Shown here: piece after piece, positions 10,669-21,190 of the stretch | Layout: every line of letters begins with the position of its first letter | How positions within the stretch are numbered: position 1 is the first letter of the stretch | Assembly: GCA_000002435.2 (NCBI GenBank) | Contig: CM018793.1 | From: Giardia intestinalis | Taxonomy: Eukaryota | DNA: 64,000 nt | Strand: one strand, 5' to 3' | Program-made: the position numbers and the translations under genes | Notes under the pieces: generated by a model | Told to the model about the DNA's origin: nothing | Database searches by the model: none | What the model saw: the letters and a program-made list of their open reading frames with translations, nothing else

Positions 10669-10675
10669 AGTAAAT
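10669..10675 (+). promoter_or_regulatory. putative poly(A) signal AGTAAAT, 13 nt after the stop at 10654..10656
   Basis: Giardia AGTRAAY consensus. Confidence 0.45.
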
Positions 10676-10704
10676 TCTCAAGAAATGATGCCGACCCTTC
10701 GCCG

Positions 10705-13299
10705 TCACAGGCTTAGTTTGCGGTGCTTCCTCGATTTGTCTTGAGTGGGCGCGGTGTCTATGATGCTTAACGCGCTAGTATACCGAGTTGGAATTGCGGT
10801 GATTTTATGTGCAATGGATATGCTTTGCTCTTCAGCTTGAGAGAGATACTGGACGCTTTGCATACGTGACAGACAGGACATCGTTGAAGGGGACGTCTTT
10901 GTCGCTGGAATGTCTTCTTCCAGATAACCGATCTCAGTAGACTCACCCAGGCAGCTGTCTTTCTTGATTTCATAGGTGGTGGCGTCTACTTTCTCAAGAA
11001 GAGAGACATATATGGATTCAGGAGGCTTTTCTAACTGCGTTATGCTAGCACACCTGTGCATGATTGTCTCTGTTTTGTGCTTGAGCTGCTCCTCACGTAT
11101 TATTCCCCGAATATAGTTGAACTTGACAAGCAGATACACCATCCCGCTAAGCCCGCCGAGGATATCTGCTATGGCGATTCCATGTATCATGTAGTCGGTA
11201 GAGTTAGTAGCCAAGGGGTAAATGATATTCCACGCAGTGCCAATGGCAAGTCGCAACGCTGTTAAAAAGATTGATATCCTATCTTGCTTGAGGATCTGGG
11301 CTAGTATGACGGCCATATAAAAAGGTGTTTGGAACGTAATAAAACTAAACACAATCCGTCCATTTTTGACAATGTTCTTCTGGTAAGAGCTATCCAGCTC
11401 ATACGACTGAACGAAGTACGGGAGCAGGCTTTCAAATACAATAGTGTAGCATACGCAGAAGAGAAGCATCGCTAGCGTTCCGGTGTAAAAGGCCTTCTTG
11501 AAGTTCAGGTACTTCTTTCTGCTCCAGTAATAATCTACCACAGTTGTTATTCCAGCAATTAGGCCAGTTAGTGGCGACTGATATGTTCCCAGGTAACGCG
11601 AAGCCAGTCCGGTAGCGATTTGGCGTTGATGTGCATTCTTGCCGCCGTATTTGTAGTGCTGGATGATGCCTATCAGAGCAGTGAGGGGTGGGGTCAAGTA
11701 GCCTAAATAGTTAGTCAGCCCACGTGTTAAGAACTTGCAAAAGAGAGAGCAGTCGAAGTCACCGTATCGCTGCGCCTTTAGATATATACGAGGAACGGCT
11801 TCTGCGTGTGATCGTGCACCCCTTGATTTTAGACCGGATTTACGCGTCGTCTTTTGTGTTTCACTGGTCGATACCGTCACAAGAGAAGAAGTGGTGGTTG
11901 TCTTCTTCGAGAAACGGCAGCCTTTGAAGGCCAACTGGAGGCGCGTCTCGAGCATTTTAGCTCGTAAGTGAAGCGGCTCCAGGAAATTGAATAGGAAGAA
12001 AAGACCCGTGCATAGCTCTCCAACCAGTATCCCCCACGCAGCCCCGCTATTGGCAAGCTTTAATGCTATCATCAGTATTGCTGTTGTTACGAGAAAGACT
12101 GCTCCCCCAATTAGCTGGCGAACAAGGCAGTATGCGCCTAAGCTCATTGTTCGCAGGACAGGGACCAAGCCCGAACTTATGAAGTAGATGAATGGGCCAA
12201 AGAAGAGAATGGGGTATGCATATTCCAGCGTAGAAGCAACGTAGTTATAGTGATTTGCTGGATTGGCCGCGAAGATTCTCACAAGCTTGTCAATAAACAG
12301 AACCATAGTAACTGAGATGACCAGGGACAGTATCAGTCCAAAGAGGAAATAGTAAGCAACGACCCGTTCGCTCATAATCCGTGATTGCGTATCTTTTTGA
12401 TTGTCTTTAAACTGTGAATAGTATTTTTCCATGATGGTGCCGGCAGAAGAGCCAAAAGCTAGGTAGAGCTGGGTAATCAAGATTTGCTCTAACGGGGTAA
12501 AGTAAACCAGACCGGTGAGATTCGCTAATCCAGAGGTGTCTATGACCACCTCGTAATCAAACAGGATATAAAGAGAGACCGAGAGGTAACCCAGAACCAT
12601 GGGGTAGGATATCAGAAAGATCAACTCAAAGGGTGACTTTCCAGTAGTTCTTTTGGTTTTGATGTAGGACCTTTTAGGGAGACTAGACTTGATTGTAGGC
12701 AGTGGCACTTTATGGAATACTACATTGTTGGCTCTGGAAGAAGGTGTTCTTGCTCTATGCTTATCCAAAGTGTTCTTGGTGCTTTTCGTTGTTGAGGTAG
12801 GTGCCGTAGCGCATGGATAAGAGGTGCTACCGTGATCAATAGGAGCCACAGCCGAGGATGGGTATAAGTGAGACGCCAATGTACGGGTGGATCTTCGTGT
12901 AGTGACGGAAGACACACTATTGACGAGGCTAATTGCCTCCGAATCGTAGTCATAAGCCGGGCCTTTTCTAGACACACCCTTCCATCCATGCATATTTGAT
13001 GAGCGCTCGTCAAGGACACTACGCCTAGACGGGATCGTGTAGTCCACATCCTCAGAGAAGTGAACACGATGGTTGCTTGATGCTATCTGATGGAGGACAC
13101 TTTCTTCTGCTTGAAGGTGTGCAAATATGGGGTGCCCTGCTTGCGTAGCTTCTGCGCTTGGGAGAATTAGGTGACGCGCTTCAACAGTGATCGTACGTCT
13201 GGAGGCAGGTTCGCACTCTCCAAAGGATGGCAGGGTTGCAGTGCACTCCTCAAAGTCGTCTTCAAACAGGCCGCTTATGTTGGTTGCAGCCCTAGCCAT
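10705..13299 (-). CDS. multi-pass membrane protein with about 12 predicted TM helices, MATE/MOP-flippase-like, with a Ser/Thr-rich N-terminal extension
   Basis: Two blocks of about 6 hydrophobic helices separated by a charged loop. The ORF-track start (13614) is not credible. The ATG at 13297..13299 (MARAATNISG) has an A/T-rich upstream tract. The family call is tentative. Confidence 0.5.
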   Translation of the reverse strand: MARAATNISGLFEDDFEECTATLPSFGECEPASRRTITVEARHLILPSAEATQAGHPIFAHLQAEESVLHQIASSNHRVHFSEDVDYTIPSRRSVLDERSSNMHGWKGVSRKGPAYDYDSEAISLVNSVSSVTTRRSTRTLASHLYPSSAVAPIDHGSTSYPCATAPTSTTKSTKNTLDKHRARTPSSRANNVVFHKVPLPTIKSSLPKRSYIKTKRTTGKSPFELIFLISYPMVLGYLSVSLYILFDYEVVIDTSGLANLTGLVYFTPLEQILITQLYLAFGSSAGTIMEKYYSQFKDNQKDTQSRIMSERVVAYYFLFGLILSLVISVTMVLFIDKLVRIFAANPANHYNYVASTLEYAYPILFFGPFIYFISSGLVPVLRTMSLGAYCLVRQLIGGAVFLVTTAILMIALKLANSGAAWGILVGELCTGLFFLFNFLEPLHLRAKMLETRLQLAFKGCRFSKKTTTTSSLVTVSTSETQKTTRKSGLKSRGARSHAEAVPRIYLKAQRYGDFDCSLFCKFLTRGLTNYLGYLTPPLTALIGIIQHYKYGGKNAHQRQIATGLASRYLGTYQSPLTGLIAGITTVVDYYWSRKKYLNFKKAFYTGTLAMLLFCVCYTIVFESLLPYFVQSYELDSSYQKNIVKNGRIVFSFITFQTPFYMAVILAQILKQDRISIFLTALRLAIGTAWNIIYPLATNSTDYMIHGIAIADILGGLSGMVYLLVKFNYIRGIIREEQLKHKTETIMHRCASITQLEKPPESIYVSLLEKVDATTYEIKKDSCLGESTEIGYLEEDIPATKTSPSTMSCLSRMQSVQYLSQAEEQSISIAHKITAIPTRYTSALSIIDTAPTQDKSRKHRKLSL

Positions 13300-13849
13300 C
13301 AAAGTCAAAAAATTAACGTCCCTTTTTGTTCGGAACCTTGATAGCAAGGTCACAGAAGATCTGCTGTACGAGCTCTTTACACAGGTTGCCCAGGTGCAAC
13401 GCGTTAACATCCCGGTGGATCCCCTGACGGGTTTGCAGAAGCAATATGGATTCGTTGACGTGGGGACGAAAGAAATGGCTGAGTATTGTAAGGCCGTTTT
13501 ATCCGGCGTTGAGCTATATGGTAAACAGCTGGCAATCCAAGATTCTCGCGCAGACATAGAACAAGGCGTTTTTACGCAGCAGGTTTTAAGAGTGACATTC
13601 ATTAGGCCTCTCAACTACATAGATGATTGCGCATGCCCTGCTAGTCTAGGGAGCGGGTTACCTGGTAAATTTCTGGAGAGGCTCAAGGGAATCTTGGAGA
13701 GATTCGGTGCTGTGACCGGCCAGGTTTACCACGACGGGTATGCCCTTTTCTCTTTTTCCACTGACTGCGCGGCCACAGAGGCTGCTACCGCTCTAAACAA
13801 TCAGTTCATCTGCGGAATGCTGGTAACGACGGCCGTAATCAATCGGTAA
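13277..13849 (+). CDS. RNA-binding protein with RRM domain(s)
   Basis: RNP-like LFVRNL...TEDLLYELF...YGFV signature. The ORF-track start (13187) is a GTG. The first ATG is at 13277 and would overlap the divergent gene start by about 23 nt. Confidence 0.55.
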   Translation: MLVAALAIKVKKLTSLFVRNLDSKVTEDLLYELFTQVAQVQRVNIPVDPLTGLQKQYGFVDVGTKEMAEYCKAVLSGVELYGKQLAIQDSRADIEQGVFTQQVLRVTFIRPLNYIDDCACPASLGSGLPGKFLERLKGILERFGAVTGQVYHDGYALFSFSTDCAATEAATALNNQFICGMLVTTAVINR

Positions 13850-14011
13850 ATTTACATATTCCACACTGATCAGAGCGGGTCATGTTGCAGGACTAAGTAC
13901 GGTTCTTAGCGTCACATCCTAGACATATGCCCGTGAACCACCAGAACGTGGCACTCGCGAGTGTCTGAAGCGGAACCAGAAATCTACCCATCAAAGCACA
14001 CTAAGCCAACG

Positions 14012-14203
14012 CTACCTTCTAGACTTTCGATCGCAGCATTCGCAACAGTGACAACACGGGCAGAGTCCACAGAGGACAATCGGAAGGGTGATGCACGTAG
14101 CCACCATGCCAAGGGCGACTATTATGATCACAACCAAAATAGTAATGAACACGCCCTTGGATAAATTGAACACGTCGTTGAAAACCTGATCATCGTTGTC
14201 CAT
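14012..14203 (-). CDS. small single-pass membrane protein with Cys-rich tail (63 aa), candidate unannotated gene
   Basis: ATG at 14203 is preceded by an A/T-rich tract (caaagaa-ATG). One hydrophobic helix is followed by CGLCPCCHCCECC. It sits in a 525-nt convergent spacer. Confidence 0.3.
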   Translation of the reverse strand: MDNDDQVFNDVFNLSKGVFITILVVIIIVALGMVATCITLPIVLCGLCPCCHCCECCDRKSRR

Positions 14204-14374
14204 TTCTTTGATTCCTGGGAACCCAAATAATTAATTATTTTGCTATTTTTTGAATAGGTATAGGTTAGTGTGGGACGCAATCAGTAATAGGACAGATTTT
14301 TGCACCTTTCGAGCGTTTACTTTCAAGTAAGCACACGACATTTACCGCAAGTATCTTCTATCGCCGCACCAGAT

Positions 14375-17300
14375 TTAAAGGTCATCTTCTCCATTTTCAT
14401 CGTCTTCATCGTAAGTGTAGCTGACATAAGAATAATCGTCCTCCAGAACAGAACTGTCTAATTCTGTGGCGCTAGTTTCTGACTCTGTAAAGGACGACTC
14501 CTCCTTCTTCCCACGCTTTGCAGAGGCCTTCTTGGTGTCAACAGGTGCTGCGGCCGGTCTTTTCCTCTTCGGTTCAGTAGGTGCGGTTTCAAGCCCCTCT
14601 TCCGGTTTTTGTACTTTTGCCTTGGAGGCAGGAGCTGTTTTCGGCACATGTTCTTTCTTTGGCTTTGGCTCCCCCTTTATCTTGAGCCCTTGATCGTCTC
14701 TAGTAGTACTGTACTCTATCTCATTGTCTGAGTCACCGACCCGGTCATCCATGGCCTTGTATTTTCGTTCAGATTCCTCTAGCTTGCCCTGGATCATCGT
14801 CTCTGTGACGGTCAGCCGGCGTGTCTCTGCAGACTTGGTTTGCTCCATGTGGCGATCCACTTCATAGGCTGCTTCGAACGCTGCAAGGTCTCTGAGCCAC
14901 ATATTCTCCACCGTGGTGTTCCTGAGCTTTTCGGCCTCTGCTCTTATTAGCTCGGCAGAAGACAGCAGATTTCTGTAGCTCTCTTTAGTCATTGTAGAAA
15001 TCGGCATACGTAAGAGGTATTCGTAGCACTCGTTTCTATCCTGAACAGTGAATCCGCTCCAGCTATTAATGGCATCGAAGAACTGGGGCCCGATAAGATC
15101 CTTCACAGTCGCCTCGAGGTGCTTCTCTAGATCTCGCTGGTCTGCATCATCGTCCTCCTCTGGTCTCTCAGAGTCCTCATCAATCTTTAGTGCCTGTCTT
15201 TTATTGATCAGATTACGATGACTGAGCAGAATTATACGATGCTTGCGAGAGGGATGGAACTGGTATTTGCCCCATAACAGCTCTGTGACGGAATCGCGGG
15301 GCACGTTCTTTATGTTGAGCTTATCCTCGATGATGAGCTTTATGAACCGCGCCTTTTCATTTAGCATTAATGATCTATCATCCATGTCAATTATCTGATT
15401 GTTCCTCCGCACTCTGTACAAGTCTAATCTTTTAGCGTAGAAGGCGTCTATGATCTTGAAGGGTGTGTGATAAAGGCATAGCATATTCCTTTCGTTGTAG
15501 AGCCACATGTTCGACGGTCTAATGCTTCCATCGAGTTTAAAGCCCTTCACTATGTTATCGTACCTTGCCGTCCCCGCTGTGTTGCAGGTCTCTATGTCTA
15601 CATCAGAGGTGCCAATGAGGTATCTTGCGCATTCATCACTAAGAGTGACGATGATATTGACAGTATTGTTGTCACTCATGTCTATGACCTTCATGAGGGC
15701 TGGATGGATGCCCTTGTAATAGCCAGTAACGGAGTCATACAGTTGGTCCTTAGCGGCCGGCTTCTCCTTTGCAGCACCAGAGGCTCCCTTTAGTTTGGCT
15801 TTTCCCTTCGTGGTTGCAGAGACCTTGGTTGCTGGCTTCTTCGCGGTCCCTGCGTCTTCGTTACCCTTAACCCATGTCTCTATCTCTTCGCGATAGGACT
15901 CCGTCCACACACCGATTGGTAGGTCCGTTATCTGTATTGTCTTGAGATCCACCACTGAAAAACACCCTGTCATTCTCCAGCGGACAAATTTGCCACTCTT
16001 ATCGTATTCATGGGTCATTGTTCCTTTCCAGCCATTCGAGAACGGCTTGAGAGTCCTCTTCTCGCGGCGGGTTGTCTTCCCATAGATCCGCAGTCTTATA
16101 CTATGGAGCATATCTAAAGGATCAAATTGGGGTATTGTTGTGCTAAACCCTGTTCCGATACCATCAGAGCCATTGATAAGAACCATAGGCAAGATGGGAG
16201 CATAGTAAAACGGCTCGATAACCTTTCCGTCGTCTTCCTTATACTGCATAATAGCATCATCCGGTTCTGGGAAAAGATACCTTGCAAGAGGATCCAAGTA
16301 TGTAGAAATGTAACGAGGAGCAGAGCTGTCCTTGCCACCTCGTGCGCGGGACCCAAAAATACCTGCAGGGTAGAGCAAGGCAATATTGTTGCTGCCTGTG
16401 AAGCTCTGCGCCATGTTGACGATGGTTCCGTTTAGCGAGGCCTCGCCGTGATGGTATGCCGCCTTGTCCGAGACAAAGCCGGATAACTGGGAGACTTTCA
16501 GCTTCGTCTTCAGGTTTCTCTTAAAGCATGCATACAGCACTTTTCGCTGACCAGGTTTGAGCCCATCCATGAGCGACGGAATTGCACGTTGATTAGATTC
16601 GATATCGTAAAGTACAAGCTCCTTGTCAACAAACGCCGTTATGTCGATTTTTGTGGGCGAGAGATCAAGATATGTGTCTGGATCTGTGCCCGATATCCAG
16701 GTCTTTCTGTCGTCTGCCAGCTTCTTGTCGAAGGCCAGCTTCAGCTTTGAAGCAGACTCTGGGTTGTAGATAAGGGTTTTTCTGTTGTTTGCTATCTGTT
16801 GGAAGTATTGTTTGGCATCGGTCGTGTTGCTGGATCCTAACCCTTTGTAGTAATTAATGTTCCACTTTGGAAGATCAGTCACTGTCTGCGTCCACTTTTT
16901 GTACTCTGGAATGGTATAGAATGTCTTCATGTTGCGGGCTTGCGTGCACCGCACAATTGGCGTGATGAAGAAATCGAGAAACTTGTTGCTCCTTGCAAGA
17001 CCATTCCAGTAGGTATCAAATAGGTTTATAAGTAGTCCTTTAATGTGCGACCCATCGGGGTCTTGATCTGTCATTATCATGACGTGGCCATATCGTAAAG
17101 TGTTACGGGCCTCCTGAGTGCTATAGTCCATTCCCTGCTTCAATCCGAGGATCTTCTTCAAATTGGTGATCTCCGCGTTATTGCTTACCTTATCAATTGA
17201 TTCATTTCGCACGTTGATGACCTTGCCCCGAAGAGGGAAGACGCCGTAATACTTCTTACCATCCTCAATGCTCGAAATACCATCAACAGCAAGGGCCTTG

Positions 17301-18850
17301 GCAGAGTCTCCCTCGGTCAAGATCAAGGTGCATTTGGACGATTCTCGAGTCCCAGCAGCGATTGCGTCATCGAGCTTAGGGATGCCGAGAAGCTGGCTTG
17401 TTTTGGACCCGTCTGTTTTCGTCAACAGTTTTGCTGCCTGGTTATAAGATGCTTGCCGAAGCGAATTCCAAAGGGGCCTGATCTCCTGTATACGCTTCAC
17501 TAGCTGTGTCGCCAAGGTCGCAAGCTCTGCTTGGGTGCTTCCAAGGCTACGGAGGAGCGCAGCTTTATCTGTTTTGAGACTAATTTTGGTTTGAGAATCA
17601 AAAGACGGGTTGACGACAAGAGAGCGGATAAACAGAACCAAGCACGACTTTAGCTGCTGCCTTGTAAGCTTTTTGGCGTTCTTTGCGTCCTGCTGGAACG
17701 ACTTTATCAAAACGTCATTAAGCTGGGACATTATAAGATCTAGTATAGCATCGACATGCGTACCTCCGTCGGTTGTGTTGATGCTATTGACAAAGGAGAC
17801 CTGCACCAGCTCCCCGCTATCGGTGTATCCTAGCCCTATGTCCCAGAATTTATTCACGGGTATAACTTTGAGATAGTCATGCGTCCAGTCGCTTGGTTTG
17901 GAGAGATCATCAACGGGGATCAGAAGGCTGTTGGTTTCTATAGTTTTCTTGGTTCTCTTAGTTTTTGGTTTGGCCTTAGCAGCAGACTTGATATCCAAAT
18001 CAGAGTCAGAGTCATTGGTATTGACCTGAGCAGTGTCACCTTTACTAGTTTCGTAGAATTGCGTGATCTCCGGATTGATAGATCTATATACCATTCGAGC
18101 GTATTGTTCAAAGTTTGCTATTTTCAGCTCTGTGCCATTGATGATAAGCTTCAACCCGATGTTGCAGCCGGCCACGTCTACAGCCCGCCGCATCATGTAG
18201 GCGGCATGGTCCCTGTCAAGTCCAGACGTCATTCCAAACTTCATGTAATCAGGAGTGAAGCTGAATCTGATAAAGTTTTTCTTCTTGTCCCTGACGTCCT
18301 CTATGCGTGGCGGCTTGGTGTTCTTCATGTTATCTGTCCACGTCTGCTCAAAGACCTGGCCATTTTCTTGCAGAAGTACCGTAAATTTTGTTGAGAAGAT
18401 GTTTGTAAGCTTCGCCCCATACCCATTGCGACCGCCTGTGACCCTCTGCTCTGTATCGTCATAATTGCTTGACGTCATGAGAATCCCAAAGGCAAGGGTC
18501 GGAAGGTACATCTTCTCCTTCTCGTCAAAGTGGAGCAACCCCTCGACGCCGTCGTTTTCAACTGAGATCGCCCCACTGGCCACATCTACACTGCACTTAA
18601 TATAGGTCATCTTGTGCTCTGCAGACCTATCGGAGTCTCGCTGCTTGTTGTCAGACGCATTGACAATTATTTCGTCGAAGATCTTACATAGCCCAGGTAC
18701 TATATTTGCTTTGGTGTAATAAAGACCTTGACCGGGCTCGTAAAGCCAGAGGAAAGTCTCTGCGGCAGAGACGGATCCGACATACATGTCTGGCCGCAAG
18801 AGGACGTGCTCCGAGCCCGTAACGCGTTGGATCTTCGCCTTCTGGGCCAT
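14375..18850 (-). CDS. TOP2: DNA topoisomerase II (1491 aa)
   Basis: GHKL ATPase N-terminus, TOPRIM EGDSA block, PLRGKVINV block, long charged C-terminal tail. ATG at 18848..18850 with an A/T-rich upstream spacer. Confidence 0.95.
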   Translation of the reverse strand: MAQKAKIQRVTGSEHVLLRPDMYVGSVSAAETFLWLYEPGQGLYYTKANIVPGLCKIFDEIIVNASDNKQRDSDRSAEHKMTYIKCSVDVASGAISVENDGVEGLLHFDEKEKMYLPTLAFGILMTSSNYDDTEQRVTGGRNGYGAKLTNIFSTKFTVLLQENGQVFEQTWTDNMKNTKPPRIEDVRDKKKNFIRFSFTPDYMKFGMTSGLDRDHAAYMMRRAVDVAGCNIGLKLIINGTELKIANFEQYARMVYRSINPEITQFYETSKGDTAQVNTNDSDSDLDIKSAAKAKPKTKRTKKTIETNSLLIPVDDLSKPSDWTHDYLKVIPVNKFWDIGLGYTDSGELVQVSFVNSINTTDGGTHVDAILDLIMSQLNDVLIKSFQQDAKNAKKLTRQQLKSCLVLFIRSLVVNPSFDSQTKISLKTDKAALLRSLGSTQAELATLATQLVKRIQEIRPLWNSLRQASYNQAAKLLTKTDGSKTSQLLGIPKLDDAIAAGTRESSKCTLILTEGDSAKALAVDGISSIEDGKKYYGVFPLRGKVINVRNESIDKVSNNAEITNLKKILGLKQGMDYSTQEARNTLRYGHVMIMTDQDPDGSHIKGLLINLFDTYWNGLARSNKFLDFFITPIVRCTQARNMKTFYTIPEYKKWTQTVTDLPKWNINYYKGLGSSNTTDAKQYFQQIANNRKTLIYNPESASKLKLAFDKKLADDRKTWISGTDPDTYLDLSPTKIDITAFVDKELVLYDIESNQRAIPSLMDGLKPGQRKVLYACFKRNLKTKLKVSQLSGFVSDKAAYHHGEASLNGTIVNMAQSFTGSNNIALLYPAGIFGSRARGGKDSSAPRYISTYLDPLARYLFPEPDDAIMQYKEDDGKVIEPFYYAPILPMVLINGSDGIGTGFSTTIPQFDPLDMLHSIRLRIYGKTTRREKRTLKPFSNGWKGTMTHEYDKSGKFVRWRMTGCFSVVDLKTIQITDLPIGVWTESYREEIETWVKGNEDAGTAKKPATKVSATTKGKAKLKGASGAAKEKPAAKDQLYDSVTGYYKGIHPALMKVIDMSDNNTVNIIVTLSDECARYLIGTSDVDIETCNTAGTARYDNIVKGFKLDGSIRPSNMWLYNERNMLCLYHTPFKIIDAFYAKRLDLYRVRRNNQIIDMDDRSLMLNEKARFIKLIIEDKLNIKNVPRDSVTELLWGKYQFHPSRKHRIILLSHRNLINKRQALKIDEDSERPEEDDDADQRDLEKHLEATVKDLIGPQFFDAINSWSGFTVQDRNECYEYLLRMPISTMTKESYRNLLSSAELIRAEAEKLRNTTVENMWLRDLAAFEAAYEVDRHMEQTKSAETRRLTVTETMIQGKLEESERKYKAMDDRVGDSDNEIEYSTTRDDQGLKIKGEPKPKKEHVPKTAPASKAKVQKPEEGLETAPTEPKRKRPAAAPVDTKKASAKRGKKEESSFTESETSATELDSSVLEDDYSYVSYTYDEDDENGEDDL

Positions 18851-18943
18851 TTAATTTTTACATCGCAAACTTCGGTGACCAAGCAAATTTCCTGTCACCA
18901 AGCTAGCAGCTGTAGGACGATAATATTGATTTACAGTACACTG

Positions 18944-21190
18944 TCACAACTGGGCCGTTTCGTTGGCTCTAGGGCTGACGCAATAAGGCCGCTTATCTAA
19001 ACATAGGGGCTCTGTGCCGCCTACGTGTCCGGTCGTCGCTGCCGACACAAAGAACATGATGAGGTAGGAGATGGCGACAAGGAAGGTGACGACGTAGAAC
19101 ACCGAGTATAGGATGTGTATAATGCAAATTCCCCGTGTGGATAGCCTCTCCATTAGCCGATCGCAGAGCGCATATGCCAGGAGGCCGACCACAAGAGTAG
19201 CAGCGGCATAGGTAACAGTTGGAGTAACGCACACAATGTTAAAAGCCAGCTCCATGAGGAGTGCGTAGAGAGAGCTGAAAAAGATGTATGCAAACTGCAA
19301 CGCCACAAAAGTGCGTCTATGCATTTGTAGCTTGTCAAACAGACCTGAAACGACAAGGTCGCCGCCGTAGCCAACGAGAGACACTGTCAGGCCAGATGCA
19401 AAACTGTATAGTGCTATCTTGATATGGGATTTTATGAACACTAGGGGCTCGGGCCTGAGGGTCCCACACGTGAGCTTGTATCTACGAATATGCTCGTCCG
19501 TGCTGGTTGTCAGTAGTGATTCGTTAACCAGCGTATAGAATGCCTTGATCCTGATCCTAATAACAGCCATCTGGAACACTGCCTGGACAAGAGACAGCGC
19601 ACATGCGACACCCAGGAAAGTGGCAAGCAATGCATTACAACTAGATCCCTTTATAGTGTTGAAGCGAATGGCCAACCCGATGGCGGCCAGAACGAGAACC
19701 TCAAGGAACCAGAACATAGATGTACGCAGTGGATCAACGGCGTTGAAATGGGAGATCCCAAACCCTCGAATTGTCCCTTTGTCTGTCAACGGAATTGCCT
19801 TCGGTATATCGTTTAGAGGATTGTTGTGAAGAAAGCTATTTTCGGCGTTGTCTTCATGTATACATGGATCCGAGACCTCTAGTAACATCTTATCAGCCTT
19901 ACTTGTAGAGCAGGTGCCAGATTTGTTCATAGCATCGCCCAAGTCTGGTGCCAAGGACTTGGAGGGAACGACCTCACGGCTCTCACACATAAGCTCAAGC
20001 GCGCTGTGAGACTGGACTCTGCAGTCTTGGATGCTGTTTTGTTCAGTTAGCTGAACTGTTATTTCCTTGATTTCGCTCTCTGAGTTATGCTCATTTTGTT
20101 GAAGGAAGTCGGTGCGACGATTTGCTGCAGGTGTGTGTGCTTGAAAGACCTTTCCCTGAGAAACTGCCGAGGTTGGTGTTGCGCTGGAGGATGCCTTGCT
20201 CTTAGGACCATTGACAGGTACTGGAATGGATTTGGGTACAGTCTTCTGCTTGTTGCGAGCCATGAAAGACAGATTTCTCCGATGGTCTTTGAAGGAGACC
20301 CCATGAATGACCTTCTTCTGGGGGCAAGATGCTTGATTGACGACGCTGTCTGACGAAGAACTACGTGAGGACGACGTGAGGCCGAAGTTCATGCTTTCAT
20401 ATGCTGACACGGAGTGGCCCTCCAGAAGCTGCTCCACAAGCTTGGAGTGCTCAAGGGACTCGGTAGTAGCCAGGCTACTTTGATTTGTACAGGTTTTTGG
20501 CCCGGTGGTTGGCTCACCGAAGGTTTCCGGGATCTGTGCATTTGTAGGTCCAAGGGTGTAGATGTGCATCTGCTCATTCCGAATAAGGCACACACTGGGG
20601 CTTTTCCGTGTGGATGCAATAGAGTTGTGCTGGGTTTTAGTGTTCGACGAGAGTCTTTGCAGATAACTCGCCTGCCTTACGTGTCTGGCTGTATTGTCAT
20701 GCGGATATAGCTGTGGGGCTGCAGTAAACTGATCTTGACGAAGCAGAGCCTTTTCTTCCTCAATATCGGACTTTATCAAAAATAAGTAGGAAATGCGTTT
20801 TCCGACGACTAGGATCAGAAATAGACAGACAAAAATGTTGAGGACCCACGAGGGGAAAATGGCGTTACATATTGATCCTGCCAAAGCGCCGAGCAAACTG
20901 AAGGGCTGAAAGAGGATGAGAAGGTCCCACTGAAGCAAGGGAGAGAAGGCGTCGTACTTTTTGTGTCGGAAGGCGTCTAAGATAAACGCCGGAAGTGTCA
21001 GGGCGCACGCGCATGCATTCGCTATGGTTGTGGCAACATGTGTGTCTGCAAAGAAGAAGACGAGGATCAAAACAATCAGGGGAGCCGGGTTTGTCTGAGT
21101 CAGCCTCATCAAAAACGAGGCTATCACAACCATCCCGGCACTTATGACCGTCTCGGCCCACGTAAAGCCTGCTATCATTGTTGGAGACAT
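18944..21190 (-). CDS. multi-pass membrane protein, possibly a TauE/SafE-type anion exporter with a long central loop
   Basis: N- and C-terminal hydrophobic repeats of about 4 TM each flank a 350-aa hydrophilic loop. The family call is tentative. Confidence 0.45.
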   Translation of the reverse strand: MSPTMIAGFTWAETVISAGMVVIASFLMRLTQTNPAPLIVLILVFFFADTHVATTIANACACALTLPAFILDAFRHKKYDAFSPLLQWDLLILFQPFSLLGALAGSICNAIFPSWVLNIFVCLFLILVVGKRISYLFLIKSDIEEEKALLRQDQFTAAPQLYPHDNTARHVRQASYLQRLSSNTKTQHNSIASTRKSPSVCLIRNEQMHIYTLGPTNAQIPETFGEPTTGPKTCTNQSSLATTESLEHSKLVEQLLEGHSVSAYESMNFGLTSSSRSSSSDSVVNQASCPQKKVIHGVSFKDHRRNLSFMARNKQKTVPKSIPVPVNGPKSKASSSATPTSAVSQGKVFQAHTPAANRRTDFLQQNEHNSESEIKEITVQLTEQNSIQDCRVQSHSALELMCESREVVPSKSLAPDLGDAMNKSGTCSTSKADKMLLEVSDPCIHEDNAENSFLHNNPLNDIPKAIPLTDKGTIRGFGISHFNAVDPLRTSMFWFLEVLVLAAIGLAIRFNTIKGSSCNALLATFLGVACALSLVQAVFQMAVIRIRIKAFYTLVNESLLTTSTDEHIRRYKLTCGTLRPEPLVFIKSHIKIALYSFASGLTVSLVGYGGDLVVSGLFDKLQMHRRTFVALQFAYIFFSSLYALLMELAFNIVCVTPTVTYAAATLVVGLLAYALCDRLMERLSTRGICIIHILYSVFYVVTFLVAISYLIMFFVSAATTGHVGGTEPLCLDKRPYCVSPRANETAQL

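Noticed and set aside
13187-13276. ORF-track N-terminal extensions that begin at GTG/TTG (13187, 4585, 30045, 33751, 46342, 52306, 55253, 61243)
   Set aside because: Checked codon by codon. They are not ATG and the organism is a eukaryote. The first in-frame ATG with A/T-rich context is used instead
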